NCBI GenBank assembly: GCA_033442325.1 | Contig: JAWQFM010000016.1 | Coordinates: forward strand, 843,155-907,154 | Reading direction: 5' to 3' | Length of the DNA stretch: 64,000 nt | Source: Salpingoeca rosetta | Lineage: Eukaryota > Protista > Choanoflagellata | Part shown: in pieces, positions 59,018 through 64,000 of the stretch | Numbering within the stretch: the stretch's first letter is position 1 | How the letters are laid out: every line of letters starts with the position of its first letter | Position numbers and translations under genes: made by a program | Notes under the pieces: model-generated | Database searches by the model: none | The model's input: the letters and a program-made list of their open reading frames with translations, nothing else | What the model was told of the DNA's origin: nothing

Positions 59018-60017
59018 GGGGGTGGTTGTCTCTCTTGGTGTCCGTGTGTCCGTCTGTCTGTGTCTGTCTTGTTTCATGCTGCACGAACGTGGGCTGCCTT
59101 TCTTGAGCCTTCCACCCCTTGCTTGCTCCCCATACTCGCCCTTCATGCTTGCTTGCTCCCTTTTGCCATGGCTGATTTCCTCCTGCGTTGTCTCGTCAGG
59201 GGCGTGTCCATCCGCATCATCACCAACGACTTTGGTGATGTGACGTGCGAGGGCAAGATTGCGCCCTTTGACTTCCTCTCGCTCAACGGCGTGAAGGTTG
59301 GCATGTACACGTCGACGACCTTCACCCACTCCAAGTTCATGATGCGGGACAGCAACGCGGCGTCCATCTCCTCCGTCAACTGGAGCCGCAGCTCCTACAT
59401 GAAGAACCGCGAGGCCGGCGCAAACATCGAAGGTACTGGTAAGCACGCCCCGTGCTAGGATTTGTTTTTGTGGTTGTGTGTGTGTGTACTTGTGTGTGCT
59501 TGTGTGTATGTGTGTGTGTACTTGAGTTTATCTAGTTAGCTCTCCTGCTGCCCCTCTTTTGCCCTCAAACGAACCAACAATAACAACCCCCTCCTCCATG
59601 CCCGTCAACCCGCCTGTTCCCTCACCTCACCTCACCTCACCCCACCCCACCTCACCTCACCTCACCTCACCTCACGTTTAACCACCATCCATCCACCACC
59701 CTGCCCGCCTCCCTCCTCAACACCAGGCAAGGACATGGCGCTTGTGATTGATTTCCTGACGGCGGTGTATGAGCGGGACTGGGAAGCGACGCGCCCGTAC
59801 AACGTGACCAACTCGTACTCGGCCTCGGATATGGCCATCATCACCAACCCGGCGCACCGCGACTTTGACATCCCCTCTGGCCCAGACCGCCCCTACGTCT
59901 CCCCAAAGCCAAAGCCCATCCCCATCAATGCCCCATTCAAGGTCTGTGCGTACGTGTGCCTCTGTGTGTATGTGTGTGTTGTGTTGTGTTGTGTTGTGTT
60001 GTGTTGTGTTGTGGTGT

Positions 60018-60080
<63 letters not shown>

Positions 60081-61220
60081 CTACTTGCTGGCTGCTTGAA
60101 TTGACAACTGCTCCCAGTTTTGGCCTCGTACCCCAGTGCTCACTCCCTTGCCCCAATCCCCAACACCCCGCCCCCTCTTCTGCCCGCTGCAGCTGTGGAC
60201 GTCCCCCGACTTCTCGTACAAGGCGCTCATGTCTGATCTCCAAGCCGTCAAGCACTCCTTCAAGCTCTACATCTACCAGGTGTGCTTTGTGTTCTTTGTG
60301 TGTCTGTGGCTGTCTCTCTGCAACTGTGACTCTGTGTTGTGGAACTGGCGTGTCAGTTGTATGTACACTGTTCTACTGCTACTCGACTGACTCCTTCTCT
60401 CACCACCACCACCACCCCTGATCATCCCCCCCCCCCCAAATTGCCGCAGGTGACGGACGACCGGCTGTGCGACTGGCTGCTGGATGCGCACAAGCGCGGC
60501 GTCAACATCACCATGCTCGTCTCCAGCGAGATTTACGGCAGCGGCGACCAGCAGAAGGCCAGCGAGTGCTTTGAGAAGCTCCAGGCAAAGGGGCTCGTCA
60601 TCCACCGCGCCTGGCAGTTTGGCTTCTACATGTACAACCACGTGCGTAGCAAATAAGGGGGGGGGGGAGGGGAATGTGTGTGTGTGTGTGTGATGTGTAT
60701 GTGTGTGTATTCGTATGTGCGTGTGTGATGTGTTTGTGCGTGTGTGTATTCGTATGTGTTTGTGCGTTGAGTGTGTCATGTGCACACGCATGGTTCCGCC
60801 TCTGTGTGATGCCACCCTCCGTCACGCGTCAGAACAGCACCGTCATCGCTCGCTCCCTCACGCCCTCCCTCCTCGTCTCCTTCATTCAACCACCACCAAC
60901 CCATTACTACCACCAACCAACCGCCTGTGCAGCAAAAGTTCTGGATTGCGGACGGCACGCGCGTGTCGTTTTCGACGGGCAACTGGAGCCCCTCGGACTT
61001 CCCTGGCGGCGACGGCGCGTACCCGCCGTACGGCGAGCCCGGCTGGCAGAGCGTCAACCGCGACTTCAACGTGCGCATCGACGACCCGGCCGTGGCCAAG
61101 GTCTTTGACGATGTCATCATGGGCGACTGGAGCAACTCCACCACGTGGCACCCGCCCCACCACCACGCCGGCGCCGTGTCCATGACCAACCTCTTTGACA
61201 CCATTGAGCAGCTGCCGTGA
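58039..61220 (+). CDS. Secreted phospholipase D-superfamily protein (two HKD motifs) with an N-terminal 8-Cys module
   Basis: Signal peptide, then CCKYCSDGSKACGDSCISDSNTCHQPPGCAC, ITPFFSPD, HSKFMMRD..SISSVNWS..NREAG. The second HKD is split by an intron (H|QKFWIAD..STGNWS..NRDF). Stop at 61220. Confidence 0.92.
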
Positions 61221-61411
61221 GGTCGCTCCCTCGTCTTGCGGCGGTTTGTGTCGCTGGCGGTGGTGTGGTGTGTCTTCTCTACCACCGAACCGTCTCAAGT
61301 AGTTGTATGTGATGGTGGATCACGTTTGTTGCGGGCTTATCGGCGGACTTGCAACGCCTTTCCTGCGCGTTTTGTATGGTAGCTTGCTGTGCGGTGTGGA
61401 GCATGCGTGTG

Positions 61412-61464
<53 letters not shown>

Positions 61465-61467
61465 CGT

Positions 61468-61567
61468 NNNNNNNNNNNNNNNNNNNNNNNNNNNNNNNNN
61501 NNNNNNNNNNNNNNNNNNNNNNNNNNNNNNNNNNNNNNNNNNNNNNNNNNNNNNNNNNNNNNNNNNN
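61468..61567. other. Assembly gap (100 N)
   Basis: N run. Confidence 1.
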
Positions 61568-61779
61568 TTCGTCTCTAGGCTGCGGTTCCCGTGTCTGCTC
61601 CATGCCGTATCCTCTTATACTCGGATAACCTCCCGCGCTACATCAACTGACGTATTACGCCCAAATCCCTTACGAATTTAGAAATTCTCGGGGATTGCCA
61701 CGAATACTATTAACTCCGTCCATTCAATCCAAAAGACTGATATTGGGATTCACCGATACAACTTCCCCAATTTAACACG

Positions 61780-61852
<73 letters not shown>

Positions 61853-61863
61853 CACACGCACCA

Positions 61864-62333
61864 CTATTTGGTGGAGGATGATGTCATGTCGAACAGCTTT
61901 TCAGGGTGGCGCGTGCACGGTTTGGAGAAGAGACACGTGTGGCACACGCGATCCGGCCGTGAACGCGAGACCTTCTTGAAGCTGAAAGCGCTGGTCGGTG
62001 GCTTCAGCTGGACGAGTGGTGGCGGCGGCACGGGCGCCCAGGGCCCGCGTGTCAGGTGCTGTGTTGCTCGCAGCATGTACCACTCCGGCTCGGGGTCTTC
62101 CTTGTTCTTCCGCTTCATCTGCGCTTCCTCATCATCGTCGTCGAGGGTTGCGGTCAGCAGCGGCGAGTAGTAGCAGTCAAAGAAGTCGGATGTCGTGCCA
62201 ACACCAACGTCTACACAGCGCAGGGTGCAGAAGTGTGAGTGCTGGGATGGAGGGGCGAAATGGAGGGAGGGAGTGGGGGAGTGGGGGAGTGGGGAGCGCA
62301 GCTTAACAGTCACACACATACACACACACACAC

Positions 62334-62365
<32 letters not shown>

Positions 62366-63100
62366 TCACTCACTCACTCTCACTCACTCACACACACACA
62401 CACACACTCTCTCTCTCTCTCTCACTCACACTCACACACACTCTCACACACAAACACACTCACTCACTCACATACAGCATGCAATCGGCTCACCTCTCGT
62501 TGCTGGTGCAGTGTCTAGGCTGGAAGTAGCGCCGACAATGTCAGCCGGCAGCTTGGTCTTGATGACAGTTGGCGTGATGACGTCCACGCCACTGTCGTGC
62601 GTCATGGCTGCCAGCAGCTTTGTCTTGTCGTCTGCCAGCTGGTCACCAACGCGTTTGGCATCGCGAGGTTCTGTCCACGAACGGGAAGATGGAGGAGAAG
62701 AGCATGAAGATGGAGGAGAAGATGCAGGGAGGATGAGTGAGCGGATGGGCCGGGAGGAGATGCAGTGCAGTTGGACCAAAAGGGAGTTATCCACTGGAAT
62801 ACCAACCTCGCTTCAGCTTCCTCGTGGTGGTCTTGGGTGCGTCCATCTTGGCAATCTCAGTCCAGCGGGTTGCTTGCTTGCAGGGGAGGGGGGCAGCAGC
62901 TTGGAAATGACCAGCCGTGCACGCACCAACACTGCACGCAACGGCACTACTTCCAAGCCATCGTCAGCAGCGAGCGAGTGGCGAGGTGCACAGACTGGCG
63001 GGGTGGACAAGGAGAACTTTGAAGAACAGACGTTGTCTGTTCGTTGAGCTGATGGATGGTGCACATGCATGGCTGGTGGTCGCCGCACAGCGGAGGACGT
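61864..63100 (-). CDS. 3' exons of a hypothetical protein; 5' part unresolved across the gap
   Basis: Coding-like exons at about 62670-62493 and 62210-61864 (ends CHTCLFSKPCTRHPEKLFDMTSSSTK*), separated by a GT-repeat-led intron. No family recognised. Confidence 0.45.
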
Positions 63101-63200
63101 NNNNNNNNNNNNNNNNNNNNNNNNNNNNNNNNNNNNNNNNNNNNNNNNNNNNNNNNNNNNNNNNNNNNNNNNNNNNNNNNNNNNNNNNNNNNNNNNNNNN
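63101..63200. other. Assembly gap (100 N)
   Basis: N run. Confidence 1.
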
Positions 63201-63618
63201 GAGGAGGGCGTTGGGTGGGAAGGACGTGGAGAAGACGTGGGGAAGAACAGCTGCCTCTGTTCGGTCACTCGCTCGTGGTGGGCTTGGCACAGCACGAGGT
63301 GGGCGGGTGCGGGGAGAAGCGGCACTCTTGTCCTAATGTGTCGGTGTTCTTCTTCTGCGCGGCGACACTGCCAGTGAGCGTGTCCAATGTACTGACGTGG
63401 AATGCCCGCTGGGTCAGGTACCTTCCACCAACGCGTCACATCACATCTTCAACTCCAAGGCAGACACGGGATCGCCTCGTTGCCCCTGTGCACCAGCGCA
63501 CCATGTCGTGTCACAAGTCATCACAACATCTCATGCGTGTCAGCACCACCGTCGTTGCTTCTGTGATTTCTGCACTGCTGTCTTCCTTTCTCTTTCCTCC
63601 CACAAACAAACAGCAAAG

Positions 63619-63861
63619 ATGGCCATGCGACGACCACGGCGCACGCTGCGCCCACGACCGTACGACACTGGCACTGGCTCCGGCAGCAGCGGCAGCAGCA
63701 GCAGACGCAGCCACCACCACCACCGCTCCCAGTACCAGCAGCACCAGCAGCAACAACAGGGGTCCATGTCTGCAGCAGCGGCTGCGCCCACCATCCAAGC
63801 CGGTGTGCCGCTTGAAATCCTTCCCGTCAAGCCACAGGATGAAGATGGCTGGCGCCTCCAG
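63619..63861 (+). CDS. First exon of a gene continuing beyond the window
   Basis: aagATGG context; 81 codons (MAMRRPRR...PLEILPVKPQDEDGWRLQ) ending at a cag|GTGAGA donor followed by a (GT)n tract. Confidence 0.6.
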
Positions 63862-63890
63862 GTGAGATGTGATATGTTGAGTGTGCGCGC

Positions 63891-64000
<110 letters not shown>

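Noticed and set aside
61568-61780. AT-richer segment of atypical composition (possible foreign DNA or ncRNA)
   Set aside because: It abuts an N gap and a CA tract, has no recognisable tRNA/rRNA structure or ORF, and is most likely a low-quality contig end.

Overview
Eukaryotic genomic DNA that is gene-dense and intron-rich, with very abundant (GT)n/(CA)n tracts in introns. The repeat style and the holozoan-type genes (LRSAM1, EVI5, ODF2, GAS2-like) suggest a choanoflagellate such as Salpingoeca rosetta; this is an inference. Most ORFs in the supplied track are artefacts of the dinucleotide repeats. Splicing by hand gives about 16 genes. In order they are: a secreted GH63/MGH1-like glycoside hydrolase (runs off the left edge), SHMT, a PH-domain/flavin amine-oxidase fusion, an intronless ZNFX1-like helicase, two paralogous Gly-rich micro-proteins, a tandem GNAT, an unknown multi-TM protein, a TIR-PH-SecA-like ATPase, a GAS2-like protein, a RING-less LRSAM1, an EVI5-like RabGAP, an ODF2/cenexin-like protein, a YUCCA-like FMO, a secreted double-HKD phospholipase D with an 8-Cys module, and two partial unknown genes. 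The best candidate for an undescribed system is the intron-poor block at about 11.4-33.3 kb (ZNFX1, GGWPSTTGN peptides, GNAT, TM protein, TIR-PH-SecA), which looks like an innate-immunity or conflict locus. A second window-wide signal is the strict polarity of intronic repeats, with GU near donors and CA near acceptors. All family assignments come from motif recognition by eye; no searches were run.
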